A stretch of 63,100 nt of DNA, the filler included, from Phoronis australis (Eukaryota; Animalia; Phoronida): the NCBI GenBank assembly GCA_002633005.1. It is 5 parts of 5 records of this genome, joined end to end, with 100 filler letters (N's around TTAATTAATTAA, not from the genome) between each part and the next. Parts side by side here need not be neighbours in the genome. Positions count along the whole stretch, not along the records: positions 26,582 to 44,044 come from NMRA01000423.1; positions 44,145 to 57,086 come from NMRA01001145.1; 3 more parts are not named here. One strand, written 5' to 3'. The translations under genes were made by a program, and so were the position numbers. Position 1 is the first letter of the stretch. Each line of letters opens with the position of its first letter. Below are positions 38,807-50,745 of this stretch, one piece after another. The notes beneath the pieces were generated by a model. It was given only the letters and a program-made list of their open reading frames with translations. It did no database searches and was not told the origin of the DNA.

Positions 38807-39211
38807 TTCTTTCACGCTTCTTCAAAGTGAAGACAATGAGAACAAACAATGGTGTGACACACAAAGCAAAATTAATGTTATAAAAACATGGAATGACAAA
38901 TGAATGTGAATATTTCTTAACTTCACTTTGTTACGATTAGTGTATTAAACGACTAACATTTGTCAAATCCGAGTCTATGTTGTTTGCATTCGTTGTCTCA
39001 TGGTTATTACTTTTGAGTCTATTGTTAACTCGTTGTTATCTTTGTTTATTAGAATCATGGAGGGCAAAGAGGGCAAGGAAGACAAATGTAGGTAAGTTCC
39101 GTCATTAAAACCATGGATAGAAAAAGGAGGTAAAGGTCAACTGACTATTTCTATTCGCTGTCTATCTTGAACTTCTAAGGTTGACTGTACTGGAATTAGA
39201 ATTATGTGAGA
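38807..39211 (+). repeat. Direct repeat, copy 2
   Basis: Matches 36186-36618 with small indels. Confidence 0.85.
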
Positions 39212-39279
39212 AAAACGAACAGCGACCCACTTTTATAAATTTGAAAGTCAGTAACATTGTTAATTTTTTTGATAATATT

Positions 39280-42200
39280 TTGTACTTTCGAGACATTTCT
39301 ACATGTACCAACGGTATTTCACTGAATGGATGATAATCGGCTGCAAAATTGACAGTTGTTACGAAGTATAATATGTTTTGTGTGAGATGGCTTTGCCAAA
39401 TCATCTACGTTCTGTTTTGTGTCGTCGTGTATTTCAGAGTCCACAAAATCCCACAGGAATCTCTTTTATATGAGTCGTCTCCTCTTAAGTGTCACGAATG
39501 TTATTTAGTGGATTTAATGCTACAGAAATTGTTCTAAGTAAAATTGTTTCTGAACTGATTAATTTTGTCATGTAGTTTTGAGGTAGGAAGAGCACTCTGG
39601 TGTTATTACTCCGAGTAAATTCTCTTGGGCATAATTTTAATTAGGCAACTTTAACATTTATATCATTGTTGTTTCTTGTGCGGCGCAGCACTGAAGAAAG
39701 TGGAGCGCTAAAAACCCCAGTCCCCCTATGGTGCACCACGTAATGTGTTTGCTTGTAAATTTTATGATCTCCATTTTTATCCTGCCGTTTTTAGTAAATT
39801 TTAAAATTTAAGGCCCTCATGGCATCGTTGTCATTGACATTTTTGTAGCAAGAAATCAGTCTTAACATTTTCTACGACAACAGGTACACGTACATGTATG
39901 CATCTAGTGTAAAATCACAATTTTTCGAATACTGGAAAACTATGGTAAATAACAATGGGGATAGATTACATTACATTAAGGCGAACGAAGACAAGGCGAT
40001 TTACTTCTCGTTGAAGGCAACGTGTTACCACGTATATACATTACGATCAATTTTCAAATGATTGTTCCTTTGAAATGACCCTGGTTTAAGAAAAACAAAC
40101 AATCTGGTTATCTTGAAATCACAATTTGTGCGAGAAAATCAAGAAATTAAAAAAGAGTGTGAATATATCTCAGTTTATTGTACTTGCCTGCTGTGTCTTC
40201 AGCCATGGGTAACAGTTCATTACAAACCCGCCCTCTTTTGTCAGCATTCATTGCCATCTGCTTTAAGTTAACATTTCAGGAATTAGAATTACACTGGTTA
40301 CAAACAACTTGTAGAACATTCGTAATACGTTCGTTGTGGTTTGGTGCATACCATGTGTGTCTGCTGTTTCGTATACTTCGTAAGTTCAACAGTTATCACA
40401 CTGTCTTGATATTTTTTAGTGGAAATGCTTAGGCGTACATGTACATATTACTAGTGTCAATCTAATGTTCAGGGTATATAGGGGAGCCTCAGTTAATGGA
40501 AATGCAAGTCTTAGCTCAAAGGTAAAAAGCTCAACGTAATTATCTTGGCAGTAATCAGATGGATTGAACAGTGACGCGTCGACGCGTTGCTATAGGTTAT
40601 GGGGCCACTACTGTCGCATTACACCGCTTGGTGGCACTCAACAGTCTTCTGAAACTGATTCCAATGCAGACTTTTCCATCTTTTACGGTAACCAAATGTT
40701 CGTCCGGCTATTTGAGAAAAACGAACAGAATCACCAGTTTATTCACAAAGCCGCTGTTTGCATACAATTACCTTGAAAGATAGTGCGTTCAAACAGCCAA
40801 ACTACTCCATAATTACATTAATCAGTTGAAAAGAGGATGTCGACTATCAAAGTATTTTACAAAACTCACAATTCCTTAATTTACCGCAAAGTTTCCTGTT
40901 TGCAAGCAGTGAATCTTTAGGAAAAGTGAAGGAAGAGCAAAACATGGGTTTAAGTGTTAAAAGCTAACATTCATATACCCAGAGCAGGCAAGTGCTAGTC
41001 GTAGCCACTTCACGCAACTTAAAGTGTCCAGCCAACCCTGCATGCGCAAATTATTAGTGAAGTTGACGCAGGTAGGAATTAAACCGTGACTCAAAAATAT
41101 TGAGGACCACCAGAACCACCTAATACTCAAACTTTATTTCAAATCAAACGACAGTGCCACTCCTGATGTTGAGACTTAAATCAGCCTAAAATTTAAATTA
41201 GATAAGGAAACAGCAACATACTAAATAAAGGAAGGTTCCAGTTGTGATTTAATTACGATACTGTAAAATAATTATAATCCATACAGACCCACATTTTTCT
41301 AATAATTCTAATATTCTCTGGCTTGTCTGAATTCAATTGCATAGAATCACTTTTTCCACAAATGGAAAACTCTCAAACAGACGTGGTCCACGCACCATTA
41401 GTTTAAAAACTTCCCTTTCAATGACCAAATATGTTTAACACAATGAATGAACTTTGGCTGCCAAATAGACTGCCTGTATGAAGCATATTGCGTTTTGTGA
41501 GAAAAGGTCTCGCCAAATTAGTCATACATTATTTTTCAGTTCTAGTGAATTTAAAAATCTCAAAAATTCCCCAGGAGGCTGTTTTACAGGAATTACTTCA
41601 ACTTCTCTGTTATAACATGACTAGTATTTTCGTGCAGTTATTCTTGCAAAAACTGTTCTTGTTGAGGGATTATGCATGCAGTTTTCTGATGAGGACAGTA
41701 TTGACGAAATATTTCACTGTGGCTATAATTATAATGCTTATGAATTTTCAACTGTTATGGTTAAAAAAGTAATATTTTATATGTTTCTAAGACCACGTGT
41801 AGTTATCAAAGATAACGTCTTACAGCGTCTACGTGATTTTGGCAGCTATGACAATTCTGTTCGTTCTTGTGACTGCAAATTGAGGCCCTAAGTCATTTTT
41901 GTGCAGGCACGCTCCTAAATGTAGTCGTCATTTTGCTCAACGGTAAATCTGACACTTGAGTTAAAGCTTGTATAAGTAAACTTTTACTGAGACCTAACAT
42001 CATAACTAACATTAATCATTAAAACTAGTAGAAATACAACGATAAGCCTCGTTACTAAAATATATTAAAATATTCAACACCCTTCGAGCGATGCAATCTC
42101 TGACAAGGGTATGACACAGACTACCGGAAATGTGTAGATGGATGTAAATAAAATCGCACAGAAGACCAAATGATGGTATACAATTGACAGCATTAACAAT

Positions 42201-42715
42201 ACCGGTCATAGTTTTACTATTTCAGTAATTTATGTTTTTATCCGTCGATAACTGCATTGCATTCCCGCATCTATTTGATTTAATTATTATAGTAATCAGC
42301 AAGCGGTGACCATGACCCAGGGAACCACGATCAAATGCCCATTTTTTTAATGAGGTTACGACGGTTTTGTATCAAACAGACGTACACAATAATTTCAAGC
42401 AAAATTGACACCTAATATGAAACTCGGAAGGATATGTATTGTGAAGATTTATATCTGGAATCCTTTCGATTTTGTCTCAGAAATGTGAATTTTAAGTTTT
42501 GTATTTTGGAATTTGTATGATCTTTCTCACACACATCTTGGCTAAAATCATAGCCACTTTTGCTAAACAACCTCTTTACAAAACAGCATTTTAACCGATC
42601 TTAAAGAGCAGTAGGTGTTTTTTACCATTTTTAAGTAAACATGGTTTAGCAAACATTTGGCAACCTTTGGAACACCAAACAGTGCTCCAGGATATTTTTC
42701 TTATTTCTATGCAGA
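39280..42715 (+). pseudogene. Decayed Toll-like receptor gene, copy D (most complete)
   Basis: In order: VNISQ/YCTC (~40158-40187), MCVCC, LLKLIPMQTF, TNRITSL, LLHNYINQL (40802-40828), LKLYFKSN, NELWLPNRL (41446-41472), LMNFQLLWLKK, DNSVRSCDCKLRP (CDC at 41868), TM GIQLTALTIPVIVLL/ISVIYVFIRR (42175-42248), YDGFVS (42357-42374), FRFCLRNVNF (42464-42493), AKIIATF. Spacing fits TLR architecture; many stops and frameshifts. Confidence 0.68.
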
Positions 42716-42851
42716 GTTAAATGTTAAACTATGTTAAATGTTAAACTATGTTAAATGTTAAACTATGTTAAATGTTAAACTATGTTAAATGTTAAACTAT
42801 CTTAAATGTTAAACTATGTTAAATGTTAAACTATGTTAAATGTTAAACTAT
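42716..42851 (+). repeat. Minisatellite, 8 x 17 bp (GTTAAATGTTAAACTAT)
   Basis: Eight near-perfect units; only ~2 units at the paralogous site 29963-29995. Confidence 0.95.
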
Positions 42852-44474
42852 GTTCGGAACACTTGTTCTCCACAAACTAAACATAAAAATAAATTAAAAT
42901 AATGCAAATCGTTAAATAATCGCAAATGCATCGACCAAAAGCATGTTTCTAGAAATGTATATTATAACACAAAATTGCTTCCAAATGACGCAAGATCTCA
43001 AAAACCTTCCTAAAACGGATTGCGTTGAAATCTTCTTACTAGTAGCTGAAGAGTCAAACATTGAACATGAAATTGGTACACCTGTTTTTGAAATCACGTT
43101 CATACGAATGCAGTTTCTAAATTTCATAAGGACCTTGCAGTGAGTGTAGCGCAGACTTGGATAAAAAAAATACCCGCAGTACTCGGGCCATGTCAAAACA
43201 CGCACTCAAGGCATTGTATGAGAAGGCCGGATGACGTATTGATGCATGAAATTGATGACGTGTCGGAAGAAAGTATTGTGTTTAGTGGTGGTTAGGTGTT
43301 AAACAACAGGTCTTGCAGGAATTTGAAAGCGTCAAAATAGTCGACTTTGTGCGGAATTGCATAATTGATGAATCGAGTGCTCTTTCGGACAAAATAATGC
43401 CAAATATGCAAAAATACACGTGGTCAGCAACAAAATGACACGTGCAAAAATATACCACAAAGTGTCGCGGGTAGATCAGGTGTCACTGCTACTTCGGATG
43501 TTAACAAGGCCAGAACTGGGCTCCTGTAACTGCGGAAAGAAAATGGTTCCTTTGAAAGATAAGTTGAGTATTATAGGAGTTTGTGGTACACTTTTGACAT
43601 AGAAATGTCAATTCCATTCTTAGTGCACGCTGAAGATGCTACCAACCACTGGCACTGGTGACAACGTTTACCCTGTGGACTTGAACAACGGAATTTTCTC
43701 TATGTCTGCGTCTGAAAAAGAGTTAGATTTCTTACCAAAAACTCTTGTTGTCTTTCGTTCGGTTATGATTCTTGCAAACGCCTCACGTGGTAGTAGCCTC
43801 TGACATATTATTACTGGACACCTTCTTTTCCAGTAAAGGTTGATTTTACATGCGAAACGTGTTCCGACCATATCCTCGCTTAAAACAAATAATTTTGCTC
43901 CATTTGTGACTTAATTGTTTGTGTTTAATATTTTTACCCTGTTCCTAAATCTCGCACAACCTGGAACTGCGCAATGTAAATTCCTAAATATCTTTAACTG
44001 GGACAAACTGGCTACGTGACGTCAACTTCAGCACCCTTAAGTATNNNNNNNNNNNNNNNNNNNNNNNNNNNNNNNNNNNNNNNNNNNNTTAATTAATTAA
44101 NNNNNNNNNNNNNNNNNNNNNNNNNNNNNNNNNNNNNNNNNNNNTAAATTAATTCGAGTGCGGGTGACTTTTAATGGTTTCGACCCCCTCTCTGTTCAGT
44201 AATTACTTAAAATAGATATAACATCAAAAATAAGCTTTTGATATAAAATACAAATTGCAATCCATAACCTACAACAAAACTTATCCCACCTTGCTTTCAA
44301 CCTATGCAAATCAAGAAACGTAGGACAAAACGGCAAATAGTCTTGCATATCGCAGTTTATCCGTCTACCAGTCCCGATGTTTAAAATTGCTTTTTATTTA
44401 ACTTGAAGTATTATAAATAAATCGAAAATAAACATATTCGCATTCAAACTCGCGGCATTGTTTTTGTCTTCCAT

Positions 44475-44726
44475 TTACCTAACGAGATAAAACGTCTGAA
44501 GTTGTGCGGTTATTGTCTTCGGGATCCGCCGCTGTCTCTTCATCCAAAGTGACCGCGACACTTGCAGGCACTGGTTCGAACCTGCAGGGCCCGTTTATGT
44601 TGTCAAGAACACGCTCACGATGGTCGTTGTGCATATTATCTGAGTCCGACGCTTCATCGTCACAAAAAAAATTTCTAAAATTTCCTCGTCGTTGGAAGAC
44701 TCGTCGCTAAAGCTTTTGTAATCCAT
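44475..44726 (-). mobile_element. Transposon accessory-gene relic (KolX/P2X7-C-terminus-like first exon, tentative)
   Basis: ATG at 44726, acidic MDYKSFSDESSNDEEILE, a frameshift in a T run, then NINGPCRFEPVPAS...RTTSDVLS ending near a GTAAAT donor-like site. PxRFEP recalls the PYxFEP motif of that family, from memory only. Confidence 0.35.
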
Positions 44727-45039
44727 GTTAGTTTCTGCCTTGTGTTACTGCGGTTTACCAGCCGAGTTCATTCCTACAACACAGTTGTCTTCCGGACTTG
44801 ATATCACAGACGCTTATGTAACCGCCTAGTCTGTTTTCAGAATTGACTCCGCTGAAGTCGGAGAAGGTCATTACTGCTGGGCTTATCTAATTAATCACGC
44901 TGTGCGGACAGTAACTAGCCCAAGTAACGGGCTCCTTCAATGCTATTCTTTGAGTTGAAAAGCAGTTGTTTTGGTGTGAAACTATGTCTTTAAGAAAATC
45001 AGGGATACTGTGGAAATTCAAATATCAAAAAATTAGCGA

Positions 45040-47522
45040 AGTTGATCGAGCAAGTTTAGATGCAGACATTGATCCCAAGAAATAGAAGTTGCATTAAAGA
45101 AAATGAAAAATAACAAAAGTCCAGTAATTGATGGTTTTACTATTGAATTCTACAAATACGTAAGGAATTATCACCTTTCTTATTTAGGTCATTTAAGAAT
45201 AGTTTTGAAGTGAATGCTCTCCCAGCTTCACAACTACAGGGAGTAATTAAAGTTCTGCCAAAACCCCGTAAGACCAGACAATTTAAAAAAAATTGGTGAC
45301 CCATTTCTTTGTTAAATATAAACTATAAAACTCTGTCATTTTGTTTAGCACAAAGACTGAAAGAAGTTCTTGAAAAATTGATTCACACAGATAAGACAGG
45401 TATTTTATATGGGCAATTTACTGGTGAAAACAACATAATTTTTTCTGACATTTTGCATCATACCGGCGAACTCATGTAAACTTCACGGTCTTGTGACAAT
45501 AATGGATTGTGAAAAAACATTTGATACATTGTCCTGGAGTTTCCTGTTTAATGATCTTAAGATATTTGAATTTAGAGACACTTTTAGTAAAAGAATAAAA
45601 ATGATAACTGAAAACTCATAGCTGTGCGTCATTTAAAATGGCACTGCCTCGAACTTTTTCAAAGTTGAATAAGGGTGCAAACAAGGGTATCCAATCTTGC
45701 CTTACTTGTTTGTGTTTTGCGCTGAAATTTTGGGCTACAGTTTAGTGATAATAATGTAGTAAAGAAAATTAATTGTGGAACTAGACAGGTAAAAATTCTA
45801 CAGTACGTCAATGATACAATTGTAACAAATGGTTTTGAAAAATCTCTCAAAAAGGCTCAGGATCTTCTGGGCCAATTTGCTAAGTACTCAGGTCTTAAAC
45901 CTAATATTTGAAAAAACCGAGTACATATGGATTGGAACCAGGAAGTATGAAACCTGGATACCTGATTTCGCAAAAACTTAAAATGGTCAAAAACAGGATT
46001 TTCAACTTTGGGGATTAAATTTAGTGTATTGGTTTGATCTTACGCTCTTGGTCGACAAGACACCTCAGTATTCTGGGAAAACTGTGTGGTGAAATATTTA
46101 GTAACGCCAAAGCTTACACCCATTTTCCTAAGTCTCCCATCACCAAAGGATCATTTTATCAAACAACTGGAGAAAATGTTTTTCAGTTTATTTGGAGTAA
46201 CAAAAAAGATAAAATTTCTCGTTAAGATGATGGTTCAGAGTTATAAAAATTGTGGTGTCAACATGGTTCATTTAGTTTCTTTTATTAAAGCTCTTAAAGT
46301 AATATGGATAAAAAAGATTATAAATGGACAAAATAATTTGTCTTGGATAGATAATAATTTTGTGGAAATCAAGTCAATTTGACGTTGAAAAGATTTTAAA
46401 TGGAGGAAACTATTTTTTTAAATGGTAGCTCAGTACACAGGGAATCCTTTTTGGAAGGACGTTTGTTTCAACATCTGAGTTTGGTTCGATATTAAATGAG
46501 GCCAAAGAAGATGGCAGGATACTGTCCCTTCCTTTATGGCATAACACAAAGGTTCAAATTGGAGGAAAATTAATATTTTACCCTACTTGGAAAAAACGGT
46601 GTGAGATTCTTAGGTTATATATTTGACGAAAATGAAATTTCTTTGGTTTTAAACCTTTTTACACTCTATTGCAGACTGAAAATATGCTTGAAATTAACTT
46701 TCAAAAGTATGTTGTTTTCAAGTGCAAAACTGTCTCAACGATTTATCACACAACTCTGGCAAATTTTGGTGAAAAATTCGAAAGGTACTCATGATTTATA
46801 TATTTTTCTAACAACTTTGTTTCAAAAACCAAAAGGATTAGAAAAATGGGAAAACACTTTTTGTTTTGCAAGTTCAATGACCTAGTGGAAGTTAATGTTA
46901 TCAAACTTCTGTTTTTTTGTACTTCAAATGTTAGACTCACAAGGTTTCAAATGAGAATTGTACACAGAATTTTAGCAACAAATAATTTTTTAATGCGAAT
47001 AGGTATTTCTTCAACTGACCAATATACCTTTTGTAGTAATGAACCTGAAAGTTTAGAACATTTATTTTCGGGTTGCACTTTTGTTAAGCCTTTTTGAAAA
47101 AGAATAGATTAATATTATATTCACACAAAAACGTTAATAGATTTTCAGACTGTTATATTTGGTAAAACTGGAAAAGCGAATGAATTGTTGAATGTTATCA
47201 TTCCTTTGGCCAAAAAGCACATATACTGTAGAAAGCTGAAACTGCAACCTCCACCTATAACACTTTTCGAAAAGAATTATGAATTTATTTCACATTGAGA
47301 AATAGAGTTATTGTAAAAATGGATCAGGAGACATAATTTTTTCCAAAGATGGTCAGATTTTTTCAATCCTTAAAAAAATACAGATGAGAAAAGTACATTT
47401 GATGTTTTTGGTTTGTGAAATTGAGTTTTTGGTAAAATGTATGCCCGTGTGTGTGATGTGTCATTGAGGATCTCTCTGTGTTTGTACTGTGTTATTATGA
47501 ATGCAATAAATGTTTAAAAAAA
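45040..47522 (+). mobile_element. 5'-truncated, decayed non-LTR retrotransposon (L1/Tx1-like ORF2: RT plus C-terminal zinc-binding region)
   Basis: KMKNNKSPVIDGFTIEFYK (~45100-45157), NW*PISLLNINYK, DCEKTFDTLSW, QGYPILPYLF (45681), QYVNDT at the YADD position (45801), HRILATN...FC...ESLEHLFSGC; AATAAA and an A-tail at 47505-47522. Confidence 0.92.
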
Positions 47523-49240
47523 GCTTTCTACTGACAATTTCTCACTAATTTGTCCCCACCCTGACACGAGCTATTTTTAACTGGATCATATAGGGCGTAC
47601 CTGGTGGTGAATGAAGTTCATGGACAAAATGGCATACACCGACATCAGAAAAGCTACGTAGTTATCTGCTCCAAAAGGAATCCTTTTCACCTGGTCTGAA
47701 GCTTGAAATGGAGTGAAGCAATATTCATAGTATCATTGTTTGAATTGTTCAAGGCCAGAGGTTGTATTTAATTTTAGAATTAATCAACACCCACCATCCA
47801 AAAGTCAAGAATTAGGATCAATTATTATTCACTTCAGTCTTACTCACTAAGGGAATGCATGGAAATGCTGCGTCTGAGGCTATATTCAACAATTTTTATG
47901 TTACTGCCAATAAGCCTATTTTCACACTCAGTTGATACTAAATGTGGTGTCTGATATTTGAGAAATCATGTCATGAACACATCCACTACCACAAGAAACT
48001 GTAGGAACACCCCATTTATCCACCTTCACTCTTATCAGGCTTCTATTGTGAGTCAGCATGCATGAATAATTGGCTGATAAGCCACCTCTGGAACTACTTT
48101 TGGCTGAATGGATGACCAGGCCATAAAATGATAATTAGCCAAGACCAGTTACTAATGCAACAAAGAACAATGTTGTAGCATCACCTAGCCTTGNNNNNNN
48201 NNNNNNNNNNNNNNNNNNNNNNNNNNNNNNNNNNNNNNNNNNNNNNNNNNNNNNNNNNNNNNNNNNNNNNNNNNNNNNNNNNNNNNNNNNNNNNNNNNNN
48301 NNNNNNNNNNNNNNNNNNNNNNNNNNNNNNNNNNNNNNNNNNNNNNNNNNNNNNNNNNNNNNNNNNNNNNNNNNNNNNNNNNNNNNNNNNNNNNNNNNCA
48401 AAGTTGTACTCATATTTGTTTTCGCCCCTCTTTTGAAATATTACAGTGAAAACTACGTAAAACTCTCTCCATAAAAAGTACAGTCTGCTTGCTAGACTGT
48501 AATCAGCTGATCATATCCGCATGAGCGAAGCCAATTATCCTCGCTCGTGACTCGATGAATAGAGCAGCTTGGCGGCATCCCTTTGATCGTGAGCCGAGCG
48601 CGACTCAGCCAAGGTGGATAAACACGGTCTAGTTCAATTTTCCAAACCCCACCGTTTACCTTGACCATTGGGGTTAGGACCAATCTTGTTTAGTGGGAAT
48701 GTTTATAGCATGTATAACAAATTCAAAAAGAGCCTGATGTCCCAAAGTTTAGAATAAAGATAACTCAAGTTTGGTTTGAATTTTGGTGTTCTAAAGTTTA
48801 GAGACTTTCCCAAACCCAATGTTTTCAGCATTATAAGTGGCAAGTCAGAAACCTGTAAATGCTACATGCATAAATGGGTCAAAGCTCTGAAAATATATAA
48901 TTATAAAAACATGATTTAAAATGAATCAATTTGAAAAACATACATTAAAACCTGAATATCTATACAAATTTGCAGTAGTTGTTTGGGTTGGCTTCCCAAG
49001 GCGATTAAATTTTGCAAATAAGGGGTTGGGCACTATCCGAGTGCTAAATTGGGTTAACACCCTCACAGAGACAAAGACTTCAGGGTTCACATACAAGTGC
49101 CTACAATAGGAAATAGCATGACTGATGAGTTGCGTCTACAAATTACGGGGTGTACGAATTTGCTTTTTTTAAGAAAACAGTAAGTTATATTAGTATTCTA
49201 TGTAACATAAGGTTAACTGCAATGTATTGAATTTCAAATC

Positions 49241-49314
49241 AAAACTGGGAATTGAACCACAGGTCTCTAGATCAATGATCAAGTTCTCTCACCAATCCTG
49301 AGGACCGATATCCC
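49241..49314 (-). mobile_element. tRNA-derived SINE head or tRNA pseudogene fragment
   Basis: Minus strand has A-box-like CTCAGGATTGGTGAGAG and B-box GGTTCAATTCC at tRNA spacing; the acceptor stem does not pair well. Confidence 0.45.
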
Positions 49315-50745
49315 TGCAATCACTATTTGCTTCCAACTGTTATGTCATCCATTCCATGGGAGTCTTTTCCTTTTTTCACACGAGATTTGGACAATTGTAT
49401 AATCAGCAATTTACCAGTATGTCTTAATAATTCCATAAATTATTTTGTATACCAATGTGCAACTTAAAATATTACAAATATGACAAAAACACAATTGACA
49501 CTTTTGGAAACTTGCACGGTCAACCACAGCGTTCTCATTTAAGCACATGTCCCCAGAGAAACTGAATGTATATGAAATTAAAATGTTTAATTTGTTGTCA
49601 GTATATGGTACAAATGTCACAAAAACATTTTTTTTGTAAAATTTTGAGAAATTTTTTTACAGCAATGCAGTATGGAGAAATAAATTAGAAAAACTGTGAT
49701 TATTTTATCAATTAGTTTTGTATGTTACACGAGGTAGCCTGCAATTTACCATTCTTAGAAATTGAATGTTGAAAACAAAAAGAACTCTATTCACAGAAAA
49801 AGTGGTCACATGATTACATACAATTGTTTCCCAATAAAAGCATGGATCCATTCCCTTCAACGATGATAACATACACAGTATCAAGAGACATTAAAAAAGG
49901 TGTTTGAAGATGTTGGAGTGACCTACAACAAGCTCAAGGCAAATATGCATTACATTACACTAACAGAACAACAATTAGTATTGCTTAAACACCATGAAGA
50001 GACACCACCTTCTTTGTTAGCACAACAAAAATTGACTACCACTGGCACAGGAAATGTGTAAACAAGTACAAGGGTAGATCCTTTTAAAACTGCCCTCGTC
50101 AACAAGCTGTAGTCATATTAAATTGAGAAAACCTAACACAATTGAAAACATTGTCACGTGAAAATCGAGGGGTACGATTGCCTGCAGTATTGACTTCTCA
50201 CCAAAAGACGTCGCTATCAGCATATCCACATCCGTATTTTTCAGTTCAGTTCCAATTGGTTCATTTCAGACAACCACGTGGCTTTTGCTGAATCTCAATC
50301 TCTATGAGAAAAACCATTCAATGAGCTGTCTGAAAGTTGTTCATTTTCTGTTTAAGCAACTTCAGTGAGATAACAGTGGTTAGTCACATACGTTTGTTGG
50401 ACCAGCAGTTTGTGATTTCCATAAGACCAGCCTCTGTCTCAATCTGTGGTCTTTATTCTTGGAGGGACATGAAGGAGAGTAAGTGTGAGAACAATGGCAA
50501 GTCATCTTATTGCCAATAGCTTAGCCACAAATTACTACAATGTTTACTTCATATTTTACCAAAACCACAACTAGAGTGGCATGAGTGTATATAATGCCAG
50601 ACTAACAACACATAAAGGTGTTCTCCTACCACTGACCCCACTTGTTCAAAGGAAGAAGGAGACCAGTAGCCTTAAAGGCCCTTTCAAACTAACGTCAACC
50701 CATCAATGTCTTGAGAAGATGAAGTCGGTCCTGGATCAAAGTTAA

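Noticed and set aside
42716-42851. Regular short repeats as a CRISPR array
   Set aside because: No spacers, no cas genes and a eukaryotic context; it is a minisatellite.
49241-49314. Functional tRNA gene
   Set aside because: A/B-box-like motifs are present but the cloverleaf stems are broken; kept only as a SINE-head or pseudogene fragment.
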